A stretch of 63,680 nt of DNA, counting the filler, from Salisapilia sapeloensis CBS 127946 (lineage: Eukaryota > Protista > Oomycota), in NCBI GenBank assembly GCA_023334545.1. It is 14 parts of 14 records of this genome, joined end to end, with 100 filler letters (N's around TTAATTAATTAA, not from the genome) between each part and the next. Parts side by side here need not be neighbours in the genome. Positions count along the whole stretch, not along the records: positions 50,640 to 59,793 come from JAADVB010000472.1; positions 59,894 to 61,572 come from JAADVB010001071.1; positions 61,673 to 63,680 come from JAADVB010000988.1; 11 more parts are not named here. One strand, 5' to 3'. Below the pieces are notes generated by a model that was not told the DNA's origin, did not search any database, and saw only the letters and a program-made list of their open reading frames with translations. The number at the start of each line of letters is the position of its first letter. Position 1 is the first letter of the stretch. Of the stretch, positions 52,701 to 63,680 are shown one piece after another. The translations under genes were made by a program, and so were the position numbers.

Positions 52701-54533
52701 CTACTTCTTCCATGCTGGTGTCGTTAAGTGCGCTCCTCTTCCTCGTCCACTTCCGACTGATGGCATTTGCTCCGTAAAGTCAAACGTCGTGGACATGGCA
52801 TTCTGTCCCACGGGCGAGTTCACGCCATACTCTTCTCCGTAGAACTCATTCACGATCGCAGCAGCATGTTGTGCCAATTCTTCATTCCCACTTTCAAACT
52901 GCACCGTTTCCAATGCATCGATCCCACCTTCTCTTTCCACTTGCAACACAGCATTCGATCCACCTTCACGCAGATAAAATTCCACGACACGTAAACTTTC
53001 ACTTACGAGTGTCATGTCCGTCGCTTGTAAGAATTGCAAATATGATACAAGGGCCGTGTCCATATGCGAAAGATACGTCGGCGTCGTGAGCATGATATTG
53101 CCCAATGCAAACGCAGCTTCTTTCTTCACTTCAAACGACCCGTTCGAAGATACATGGTGGACAAGAGAGGCAAGCAACGATGGCTCTTTCACTAGTTCTG
53201 CCACCATTTCGGCATTTAACGCTGCTAGAGTCGACACGACCCAGCAGCTTTCAGCGACAAGATGCGTCGGGTAGGTCGATCCTGGATGGATAAAGGTCGA
53301 TATGACTGGTATGAACCGTTTGTCATGGATAATCTCGCGTACATACGTCGATTGAATACCATCCGACGGTCGATCTGTATCCATACAGCAGAAATTTCCA
53401 AGAATGCGCAGCATTGGTGTCAATAAGAGCTCATTGGATGATGCCAAGGCATCTTCCATCTTCGTTAACACAAGGTGGTGTAGCCCGATCGTCTCAAACG
53501 TCTTCAAGACACTTTCCTCTCGAGCTGTAAGGAAACTCAGAAGCCATGCTAATTCTACACCCACCTGCGCATTCCAAACGGTGTCACTAGACTCTGGTAG
53601 ACAAGCACGGAAGGCAGCAATGAGCGTCGTGACAAAATTATCAACTGTAAATGGCTCCGCAGTAGCTGTACGAGGATCGTTGGATCGAGCGAGATTGGAG
53701 AGTGCCCATGCACAAGTTGCAACAAGACCTCGTGACTCGGTGGCTGTAGCTGACATACTTTCCGATGCTTCGAATGCAGCGGTGAGAGGCTTTTGCAATG
53801 GACGGATGGCATTCATGGAAATGAGTTCTAGTCGGAACTCATCACAGTCGGCGGCAATGTTGCCAATGACCCATGCAGCATGCTCGGCGAGAGACAAATT
53901 AGAGCTTCCGATAAATTCCAACAGGCGAGGGGCAGCTGGTAGAACTTGCTTCGTATGGTGGTATTGGCCACTGGCGACGTTCGTGAGAATCCACAGCAAC
54001 TCGCGATACACTTCCCCACCGGTACGCGTCGCACTTGCGAGTGGAGACGCCGAGTTCAAGAGCTCGACAAGTACTGTAACAATCTATAACCGTTAAAACG
54101 TTAGTTCGTTATGAACATCCTAGTGATCTTCTACATGGATATGGAGCGTATCGCTTGTATGGAAATGGAAATGGAGGATCCTGCTGCTATTATTAGCTAG
54201 AGGAAGAATACTTACACCCGAGTCGGTGATGGCATCGATGACTTCATAGTCGCGTTCATGGGCGGAAAGCAGAGCACGGATTTCTTTTAAAATTTGGAAA
54301 CACTGCGCATGATTATCCTTTGTCTTTGGATCCGCTAGAGCAGATACGAGTTCCGTGATCGTGCGTTCTGGGACGACGACTTCGTCTTTGCTGCCAGCCG
54401 AGTTCACTCGCCGACGCTTGGCATGCACAGCCTTCTGGCGACGATCTTTACGCACTTGGTTCGTCGATCGTTGTCGACGTGCCTTGGACGAAGAGTCCAA
54501 CGGCTGAGCCTTCTTTACCGGCGCACGCTTCAT
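52701..54533 (-). CDS. Importin-alpha-like ARM-repeat protein, 2 exons
   Basis: IBB-like RRQRSTNQVRKDRRQKAVHAKRR; intron 54084-54215; WILTNVASG, AAWVIGNIAADC, WALSNL, VKKEAAFALGN. Confidence 0.88.
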
Positions 54534-55272
54534 GCAAACGTTTCGATTGTTCTTGTGCGTTTCTACTCGGCACTTCAAGGTTCTATTTCCTGAAGTAGCC
54601 TAATAGGATAATTTTTAGTGTAAATAGCTATTTGGATAAAGTTATTCGTGTTCTATCCATTTCAGAGATGAAAGATAGCCATCATGGACCTAAACCTGCA
54701 TTGATATGGAAATAAGAGAATTCAGTCGTTTGATGGGTATGTTGTCAGTACATAGCTCGGAGTAAATGATAGGAGGTTGATTTTCTTAATGGTGGATGGA
54801 AGTATTGACAGCAAAAGGATCTGTCTATCATGTTTCAGGAATGGGGTTCCGAAACGTCGTGTCCAACGCCATGAAAATGATTTATATTCTTTTTACGGAC
54901 CGCATCAACTATTTTAAGAGTAAGAAGTTATTGATGCCATGGCATCTCCTCGCTCCTTGTCGAGGAGGAAGGTTTGGGGCAGATTTGCGTTTGTGTATTG
55001 ATGCAGATAACAAGTGTCTGTGTAGCGAGTAGAGTAGAAAGAGTCTATCAGAACGGATATTTTTATAAACTGTACAACCTGACACATGAAGCGCTTTTAC
55101 GTTTGTTCTCTTGATAGCTGTAATCCACCAACGTATACTTCATCCACATGGTCTCAAATCCCAATTGACTTCCTCTTCCTCAAATTTCATCTAGTCCGAG
55201 CACAGCCACTTGTCATTCTTATTTTCCATCACGACGCTGCCTCCAGTGCATTGAATAACGGAACGTTTCCTG

Positions 55273-56526
55273 ATGTCAATTAGAGGCAGTAAGAACGCTC
55301 CTGTCATTTCGACCAACAGAGAATTACTTTCTTTAGAAGAAGTCGGTTCAAGTGACATTCCGTCCGAAGTCTACTACATTGTCATTCCAGTCGTTGCCGT
55401 CATCGTTATACTCCTCGTCCTCTGGTGCTGCTGTTGCTGCCGAAAGAGTCGAAGGCTGAAAAAGCGTCAGCAAGACCTGGAGTCGCAATTGGAGCACGAA
55501 CGCGAGTTAAACAGAACCAACTACCAAGCCCATACGCAGCTTCTCAGTGCTGTTTCAAAGCAAGAAACATATCAATTGACACATTTGTCGAATACGGACC
55601 ATAGTACGCAACGAAGTGATCATGAGCCAAACGATAATGGGTATAATTTGTGGGAGGATCAAGTCCTACTAGATCACCAGCTCCGTTTTAATGACATTGA
55701 GGACATCCAAGAACTAGGCTCCGGTTCCTTTGGTGTTGTCTGGCTCATTCGTTATAGTGGTCAGTACTACGCCTCGAAACGCCTTTTGCAGCATAATGCA
55801 AAGAGAGAAGTGATGAACAAGTTCATTGAAGAGACAAAGCTTGTTGCTGGATTAGAACACAAGAACGTCGTGTCTTTTGTCGGTGCTGCATGGACGAAGC
55901 GAGTGAACTTCCAAGCGGTGTATGAGTACATGGAGAATGGTGACCTCCGTTCATATCTCATTAACCCGCAAGTTGAGAGGCAGTGGGGTCGAGACAAAAT
56001 TCGCATTGCCATGGATGTTATCGAGGCACTGATGTACGTACACTCGTTCAAACCTCCACTCATACATCGTGACCTCAAATCTCGAAATGTCCTCTTGTCT
56101 CGAGATATGGTCGCAAAGGTGAGCGACTTTGGTACCGCTCGTATCCAGTCAGAGGAAGCGACGATGACAGTAGAAGGTGTGGGAACCGTGCGATGGCTGG
56201 CACCGGAAGTGCTGAGTGGAAACACGGACTACACCGAGTCAAGCGACGTGTACTCGTTCGGCGTGATACTATCTGAACTCGACACGCACGAGCTTCCGTA
56301 TTATGACGCCCAAAATTCATCCGGACAGCCACTTCCGAATTTTGCTCTGGTGAGCAAGATTGCTGCGGGGACGATCAAACCATCGTTTTCAAAGTCTACA
56401 CCGGACAGAATTCGTGAGCTTGCTGACCGTTGCCTTGCGCCTAAAGGGCAAGACCGACCAACAGCAGCAGAAGTGCAGTACAGTTTATCGAAGATGCTTA
56501 AAGGTCCATCTTATGCCGTCCTGTAA
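55273..56526 (+). CDS. Single-pass TKL (receptor-like) protein kinase
   Basis: TM IVIPVVAVIVILLVLW then CCCCC; GSGSFGVV, HRDLKSRN, DFG, WLAPE intact. Confidence 0.93.
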   Translation: MSIRGSKNAPVISTNRELLSLEEVGSSDIPSEVYYIVIPVVAVIVILLVLWCCCCCRKSRRLKKRQQDLESQLEHERELNRTNYQAHTQLLSAVSKQETYQLTHLSNTDHSTQRSDHEPNDNGYNLWEDQVLLDHQLRFNDIEDIQELGSGSFGVVWLIRYSGQYYASKRLLQHNAKREVMNKFIEETKLVAGLEHKNVVSFVGAAWTKRVNFQAVYEYMENGDLRSYLINPQVERQWGRDKIRIAMDVIEALMYVHSFKPPLIHRDLKSRNVLLSRDMVAKVSDFGTARIQSEEATMTVEGVGTVRWLAPEVLSGNTDYTESSDVYSFGVILSELDTHELPYYDAQNSSGQPLPNFALVSKIAAGTIKPSFSKSTPDRIRELADRCLAPKGQDRPTAAEVQYSLSKMLKGPSYAVL

Positions 56527-57367
56527 CGAGTGGCCTTAATATACACGACTTTATGTGACGAATGGATGCAATTGCATTGTAGTCATGAAGAACAGACATA
56601 CTTCTCCTGTATGTATCAAATGGTTCAGAGTAAATATATAAGTTTGTAAATCTGTTACTTTGATGCTAGTATGAAATTGCTTGGGAATTTTATGAATCAT
56701 TTCATTGATGAGTCACATTTAGTGAACTTATATAAGTAGAACTCGCTCAACTTATAAATGAAGGCAATTGTGATGGGGTGAAATCAAGGAAGTGAATGGC
56801 GGACGCGACGACAAACTTACGCATTCATAAATAGAGAAGAAAATTGACAAGGAGCTGTCGAAAATGTGCTAGTCGACTGCACTGGATGTCAACGGAGCGA
56901 GCCGAATGCGCATTGTGAAGATATATGTTTGGCTTTATATGAACAATCATCCTACCTGAAAGTTTCTTTTGGCTTAAGATGAAACTGCTTCGCTGAATGG
57001 CAAAAAGCAATGGCCATTTTGATAAATTCCTACTAGACGCGAGCCAAAGCTTTGTAGTGGTCTCACTGTGGTTTCATTGGTCTTGGTTCCAGGATTTCTT
57101 TTAAGTGCTGATGAATCAATCATTTACTACTTGTGATCGTTCGCTTACAAATAGACATGGTATGGCCAAACAGGTAGAAGACCAAGTATTTATGCGGATA
57201 CAACCTATTCATACTCAGCTTTGTACATAATCGTGCTACGGTGCTGAAGACAGATCGTTCCCTAAATAAAGAGAAAAGAGAATCCGTTTCAGCATCCATG
57301 GGTCTTTAGTGTACAAAGTTCAATTTTGAATTCTACACCAAGGCGTGGGCGTAAAAGATTATTTCCT

Positions 57368-59307
57368 ATGAAGGTTGCGGACTTTAATTCTCCAGAACCG
57401 ATAAAGGATAAACTTGAAGAGAAATTTAAAGTAGCAGTTTCGAAATTATCACTGTGGGCAAGACTTAAAAAGAAGTGCACGGCTCTGTATATTGCGTACC
57501 TTCGACTACAGATTTATAACCGAGGATCTTACTCTATTGAGCGCTTCCACGACTTCCAGACGTACAATGTTAGAACTTCCAGCTGGCGGATTTTCCTTTA
57601 TTGTATGCTGGTGACTTTACCAGCACTTGTCATGACAATAACTGTAGAGCTCATGCCATTAGAATCACCGCTCGATCCCTGGGATCAAAACATTGTTTTC
57701 TGGATTCGAGTGTTTTTAATGGGGTTTGTATTATGCATGAGCTTCACTTACCAGGCGATCCCTTTTGTAGCGAGTTTGCAGAACAATCCGTGCAAACTTG
57801 TGTTAATTTCGAGTTCAGCAGCTCTTTTCACGAATGGGATGAACATGCTCGCTGGTGCGTATTGGAGATTTCCAGTTCCTCTTGCCCCTCTGTTTGCTGC
57901 TCCTATATTAATAGGTTCCTATGTAGTCAGCTTTTACACTATTGTAGGACCTGAAGGCTTTAATGCATTACGCGCAGAGCTTACGGCATTAAAAACACAA
58001 CTTACTGTGTTTTCGGTTCATGGAGCAGTACTCTTTGTATATGCCGTCTACAATGCCATTTTCCAAGCGGCACCCCCGACAGAAAAGATCTTCTGCATTG
58101 GTGCCTTACCACTTATTAAGATCGCTCTCAAGAACATGTACGCTTGGGCTATAGCGTCCAAAATCGAATCAGTACCGGAAATCGCAACATTTAGTGTTGA
58201 GGTATCATTGTATCAAATTTTCCATCGTTGTACCTGTAAACTAACTTCGTTTGATTGCAATGCAATAGGTTTTTAATGCGCTATATGTTTCGTTATGCAT
58301 GCAGACAGCTGAATCCTTGTGGGTATCTATCGTTGTCATCGGATACGATGCGATGCAAATCCTAATTTCAATGTTAAAGATGGAGTATCAAAGCAAGACG
58401 TTGCTCCAAGTGTTAAAGCAGGATCTTTTAGAAGATGTATCGAATAAAGACTTGCTATCCATTGTTGCAAAGCTGTGTCAAAACCCGAAGGTTAGAGAGA
58501 GGGTCAATGCAATGAGAGAAAAAAATAGGGATGAGATGCATCGTTCGAATGCCAAAATTAATCCTCTACAGATTGGTATAGAAGAAGTTGTAGACGGAAC
58601 GCTTGGCATCGATTCAAAGTGCAGTGCAAATTTTACTTCCGATTCGATGTTTCTAGAGAGAGCATCTAATCAACGAGTGCAGCAGACAATGAATGTGTTT
58701 GGTTCAAACGTAGAGAATACGCCAATTGTACCACTACAACCAACATTAGACGAAAACTTCGACTTGAAAGAGCGTCCTAATTTCGAATTGGAAAAAGCCA
58801 GACTCGTGCATGAAGCATTGAAACTCTTTTATCATGCCGAGTATCGACTTATAACTGAGTTCGTTGAAGTAATTATCCCAATAGTGTATATTGTGCATAC
58901 GTCGGTGTTGTTTCATCTACCGAATGCAATATACTACTCCCATACACGCAACTTGACCTCTGAAGGACTTAAAACAGCAGCCATAAACATACTTCTTTAC
59001 GCACTGATGGAAGCTCTATCCCTTGCTGCTTTCCATTATATGCTCAAAAGGCAATTTAGGCTATCGCCCATGTGTCTGCTTGGATATACATTAGAAACTC
59101 AATGGCGTCAGATCGTAGGAAGAACGACCTTTTTCGTTTACCTCATCCTTCAATTTACTGTAATTCATCATGGTAAGTAGCAAACGCTCTAGCAGGAAGC
59201 TATCATTCAATTTAAATGTAATATTGACTATCTGTGTAGGCTTCGATATGACGTTCAAGTTCAATTGGGCAGAACAACTTGGTGCTAAGACTAATGAAGA
59301 AACATGA
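57368..59307 (+). CDS. Oomycete-type multi-pass transmembrane protein of unknown function, 3 exons
   Basis: GSYSIERF, ELMPLESP..PW..N..FW.R, E|VFNALYVSLCMQ, EFVEVIIPIVY, HG|FDMTFKFNW; introns 58202-58268 and 59173-59239. Confidence 0.85.
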
Positions 59308-61768
59308 AGAGATTCTGGACTGGTCCGAAAAGAATGCTTAAATTGTTGAGCTCACTTGCTCCACCTTTCGTTTAAATTGAAATCAAGTATTAGACTACAA
59401 ACGCTTTGCTATATGTTCATCAAAAGATTCCAAACAAATAAGAGCGATTGGCATTTTACGATGTTTATATCATGTGTGAGAAGAACCAATTGCCGATTTG
59501 TTTCTATACGGTTATCTCGACATTTTCCACTTGTCTAGGACTGACGATGAAGCTAGTCTTATCTGTTGCTAAAATGCATCGGCATGATAGAAAGTAGTCT
59601 TCTGCAGGTACCAAGTCACGAGGACAGCAAGTAGTGTTGTTAGCAATGTCTTTCACCCCTTTTTAAAACCCTTGACAGCATGTACGAGCAATTAAAAAGC
59701 AAAGCGCTTTGTTTGAAGCTTGCGTTGTCGAGCCGAAAGACTGTTCATTGCATTTATAGCATAGCTCCTACTAGATTACATGTAATCCAGCTANNNNNNN
59801 NNNNNNNNNNNNNNNNNNNNNNNNNNNNNNNNNNNNNTTAATTAATTAANNNNNNNNNNNNNNNNNNNNNNNNNNNNNNNNNNNNNNNNNNNNATCAACC
59901 AACGCAAATGGCAAACATACAAATAGTTCATATGCTCTGCACTCATAAGATGCCCGTGCGGGAACGATGACAGCATCGTTCGCGTCAAACAGTGCAGCCC
60001 GTCACATATCGCTCCTATGAACATCCTTCACCGAGGAGCCTGCACGGGCGTAGCAAACATACTTTAAAATATATAAATTAAGAGCTATTTCGAAGATGTC
60101 TATCAGAACATTTTCATTTTGTGTTAGGCTGTCTATCTCAGTGTGAACGCCAGGAAGATAAGACAATCGAGCTACAGTTCTCAAGTCAAGCATTTTATTT
60201 TCTGTGTGCTGCCTTACGCTTTAGTCAAAGTTTCGTACACTTTAGACTGTCGAACAGTTAGCATTGCAAGCTATCATCGAGTTTGTGAAAGTGGAGGCAT
60301 TAAGGGGGTCAAAGATACAATTTATGCGACTGATATTGCGCAGTCTATCGCTCAAACTCTAAGCAGCTTTGGGCGCCAACTGTCAGTCCGTTCAAAGCTA
60401 CAAATGTGCAGATCCGTTTGCTTACTTTCGTGCATCAAGTTGAAGCAATGAGCAAGTTGCCGTTTGAAGGGTAGCTTCTCTGCTTAAATTTCTGCTCTGG
60501 GCTGAGCCAGAAAGCGGGACTTGAGTCAGCAGAAGTGGAGACACAAGCTGAGTCCGCTCTTTTTCTTTTTCTTTTGAACAGAGTGACGTCGAGGAAGAGA
60601 TCTACGTGCCAGTTTACGCGACGTGCGGAAGAGAACGTCAGATGAACAGGATGTGCCTTGCAGCTGACATGCCGAGAGCAGGATGCTGAAGATTATGTGG
60701 TGCCGATTACTGGAAACTTTGCCTAGCAGAGGCATGAAGTTGAACGAAGCAGGACAAGTGGCAAGTAGAAGAGTTACGACAGACTCTAATCACTCAATTC
60801 ATTCTCCTTTTTACTTTCTAAGGCTTAAGCTACTCTATTAAGCTGAGTTACTGGTAACCTACAGGATGTCTGAGGGCACAAGGCCGACGACGTCGTAAAA
60901 AGAAGACGCGAACTTGGAACAGTGGCAGTTAGCTCAGTACAATTGAGAATAACGCCGTGCTGGTCCCAAATTGCAGTCCGGAATTCAAGGTGATGAGATC
61001 AGATATCGATTGTACTCTAGCTGAAACATAGTTAGGAAGCGCATCCTCTCTAGCGTATTTTATGGCTTGGACGCCGGTCTGCCACATTGTGAAAGAGTAT
61101 ACGCGACTCATTTGTGGTGGCGAGTGACCAGGTGCGAGGTAGCTGGACTGTTGATGAAGAGAGAACTTCGAAGGGATTAACCACGATTGACATTGGTAGG
61201 AGTTCTGGCCTGATCGAATCGTGGCTAAAGCCGTATGACTCTTATAGGGGTGAAAAAGGGAAATATCCAACGATCAATTTCTCTTATCGTGGTCACGCCC
61301 TTTTAGTCTCTCCTTGACTCAAGAAATTGCACGTTACTGGTCTTTCGCCGGCTAAGCCAGGTTATATCAAGGCAAGAAACGCACACGAAATTGATACAAG
61401 TGTCGAGTTTGAAAAGGAAATCCAAGGCACTGTGGAACTCGACCTATCGGTCGAACAGACGACGAAGAACGTCTTGTGCTTTACAAACATCAAAATGAGT
61501 TTCGCGACAATGTGTGAGCCTGGCACATTATCCGTCGAGGCTGCCTTCAAAATAAAGAAAGCGCGAGTGAAANNNNNNNNNNNNNNNNNNNNNNNNNNNN
61601 NNNNNNNNNNNNNNNNTTAATTAATTAANNNNNNNNNNNNNNNNNNNNNNNNNNNNNNNNNNNNNNNNNNNNCGTATCTTGGTTATACTGAAGACAAGAG
61701 AATTGATATTGAAGTTCGCGCCAGGCGGCGGTGTGCATTTAGATAAATACTATGTACAGATATGCTAC

Positions 61769-62809
61769 TTAGCCGAGGACGGCGATGGGCGGTGGCGCCG
61801 CGACCTCTGATGCTCGGCGCTGGGTTGGCGGGGCAAAGCCCGATGAGGCAAAGTCGTTGCCAGCGACTCTCGGTGTCGAAACTTCGCTGTAGGACGACTC
61901 GGTCGAAGTGTCGGTTGCCTCGCATTCCGTCACGACAACGTCCAGGCTCTCGGGTTTGGTGCCTGCCATGGCCAAGTCCCACTCATCGACGCTCACGTGC
62001 TCGATCCCGGTGTGCACCAAGTCGCACTCCTGGAGACTTGCGCGCTCGGTGCCTGCCACGATCACGTCACAGTCGTCCACGCTCACACGCACAACGCCTG
62101 CCTCTACCAAGTTGCAGTCGGCCAGCGCTGCCACGCCGTTGCTGCCGAGCTGTCGCGACGGATGGTAAAAGCCGTAGAGTCCGAGCTGGACGATGCCGAT
62201 AGATAGAAAGATGGACACCGGGACGAGCTGCAGCATGTCCTGGATGGACGCGGCGTACACCGTCCAGAGTCCGTTGCAAACCGTGCCAGTGAGGCACATA
62301 CCGAGCGGAAGCGCGTCCGACGACTTGGTCTTGACGGTCTTCACCATGGCCGAGAAGGGCGAGGAGAAGAGCAAGAAGCTGGCGCCGGTCGCGCTGAAGC
62401 CTACAATGTTCTGCACGAGGTGGAACGACTCGGCTAATACAACGCCGAGCATGCCCAGTACCGCGAATATCGACAAGGCGAGATTGAGAACGAGAGCGCA
62501 GGAGCACATGGCGACAGCCCGTCGCTTGTCAGTCGAGTAGTAGATGTAGACCGAGAGGTAGAGCATGCAGAGTGTGTCTCCGATGCCGTAGGTGATAATA
62601 AGCGGGAACACGTTGCTCGTGACGACGCCGTAGAGACACCACATGTGGGAGCTCAGCCACAGTGCAGCTAAGGAGAAGAGGGAGACCGAGTCGTTGAGAC
62701 TGTTTTCCCGCACGGCTCGTCGGAGCGTGATACCAGAGTTGATGCACAGGTAGAGCGTGGTGACGGCAGCGAGGACGACGACCACGAGCTGGAACGCCTC
62801 ATTGGCCAT
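61769..62809 (-). CDS. SWEET/MtN3 sugar transporter with an extended repetitive C-terminal tail
   Basis: Two MtN3 units (WCLYG...PLIITYGIG; FSSPFSAMVKTVKTKSSDALPLGM...NGLWTVY); ATG at 62809, 346 aa. Confidence 0.92.
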   Translation of the reverse strand: MANEAFQLVVVVLAAVTTLYLCINSGITLRRAVRENSLNDSVSLFSLAALWLSSHMWCLYGVVTSNVFPLIITYGIGDTLCMLYLSVYIYYSTDKRRAVAMCSCALVLNLALSIFAVLGMLGVVLAESFHLVQNIVGFSATGASFLLFSSPFSAMVKTVKTKSSDALPLGMCLTGTVCNGLWTVYAASIQDMLQLVPVSIFLSIGIVQLGLYGFYHPSRQLGSNGVAALADCNLVEAGVVRVSVDDCDVIVAGTERASLQECDLVHTGIEHVSVDEWDLAMAGTKPESLDVVVTECEATDTSTESSYSEVSTPRVAGNDFASSGFAPPTQRRASEVAAPPPIAVLG

Positions 62810-63680
62810 GGTACTCGGTCGGATCGGAAACCTGTAGCTTGAAGAGCAGATCGGAAAATGGCTTGGTGAGCCAAGACGATCTTCCTGGTGAACACCAGCT
62901 ACGTTCGTGGGATGTGGCGCACTCAAGAGCGGATGGGCAAAATGGATAGTGCAAGGACATTTCATACGCCACGCTATTCGGTGGCTCTCCCTTCCTCTGA
63001 ACCTCACTACTCACACTAGCAACACTCGGATCTCCGATGGCGTAGGCAGTGTGACATATATTTAGTAGAAAGACGCCTTCACTACCGTCTTAATCCGCTG
63101 CTCCTCGCGTAGGCTCGCCCTGGGACTCGCGTAGGTAGGTGCGTCCAATGAATCCCAAGCGTAGTCATTGAAGTGCGCTTGAGTCGCGAGTATTCGATCT
63201 CCGGAAGATGAGCTACAGTTTCCGCATGCACCCACTCGCCTTCGTCCTTCGTCCTCGATCGCGCGAAAAGGCACAGATGCGGCGGATGCATCTGGGATCC
63301 ACTTGTCCTTGCCTTCTCATTTGGCCACCGAGGTTACTTCGCAACAACGGGTGAAACCGACTTGCCAACAGCCTCGCGTACTGGCATTTTCAGCGAGGCG
63401 GCGACAGCATCTGCCATGTGAAATCATTTCGGCGCGGCCCAAATGTCCATTGCGACGCCGAGGAAAATCTTATTCGCCAATGAGGAGCTAGTGGGTACTT
63501 TCAAGTAGGAGAGAGGCAGAGTTACTTTTAACGATACTTTATTATCTCTTGTTTGCGGTCCGTGCTCAAGCGGTCGCGTCATCCAGCTACCAAATCTTTC
63601 CTACTCGTGTAAAAGCACGACCCGAACTATCCACAGCATGATCACGTAGCTCACCGTCCGATCGACGGCGACTGCAGCTC

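Overview
This is not one locus. It is 14 eukaryotic assembly contigs joined by 13 artificial 100-nt linkers (44 N + TTAATTAATTAA + 44 N). The gene families (M96/bZIP-like, START-FYVE, WRKY19-like HGG fingers, lineage-typical multi-pass TM proteins), short GT-AG introns and an Inr-FPR core promoter point to an oomycete nuclear genome. Recognisable genes: ABCC and ABCA transporter ends, a divergent PRPP synthetase, a DDX60-like helicase, a C2H2 transcription factor, a DHHC palmitoyltransferase, OSCA/CSC1, a spliced mitochondrial-type MinC, ERGIC-thioredoxin, VPS16, glutathione reductase, an NDR kinase, mitochondrial S15, an importin-alpha-like protein, a TKL kinase and a SWEET transporter, plus an L1/Tx1-like LINE remnant. 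Most notable: (1) a presequence + degenerate 2H fold + CxxC/twin-CX9C (Mia40-like) fusion 1.9 kb from the nuclear MinC; (2) three consecutive contigs that each begin and end with the same 141 bp in inverted orientation, best read as unique loops between inverted repeats, with 141 reflecting the assembler k-mer; (3) a SWEET with a 15-residue repeat tail; (4) PRPS and helicase neighbours with substituted key motifs. All family calls come from motif recognition, not database searches. No rRNA, tRNA or CRISPR array was found.
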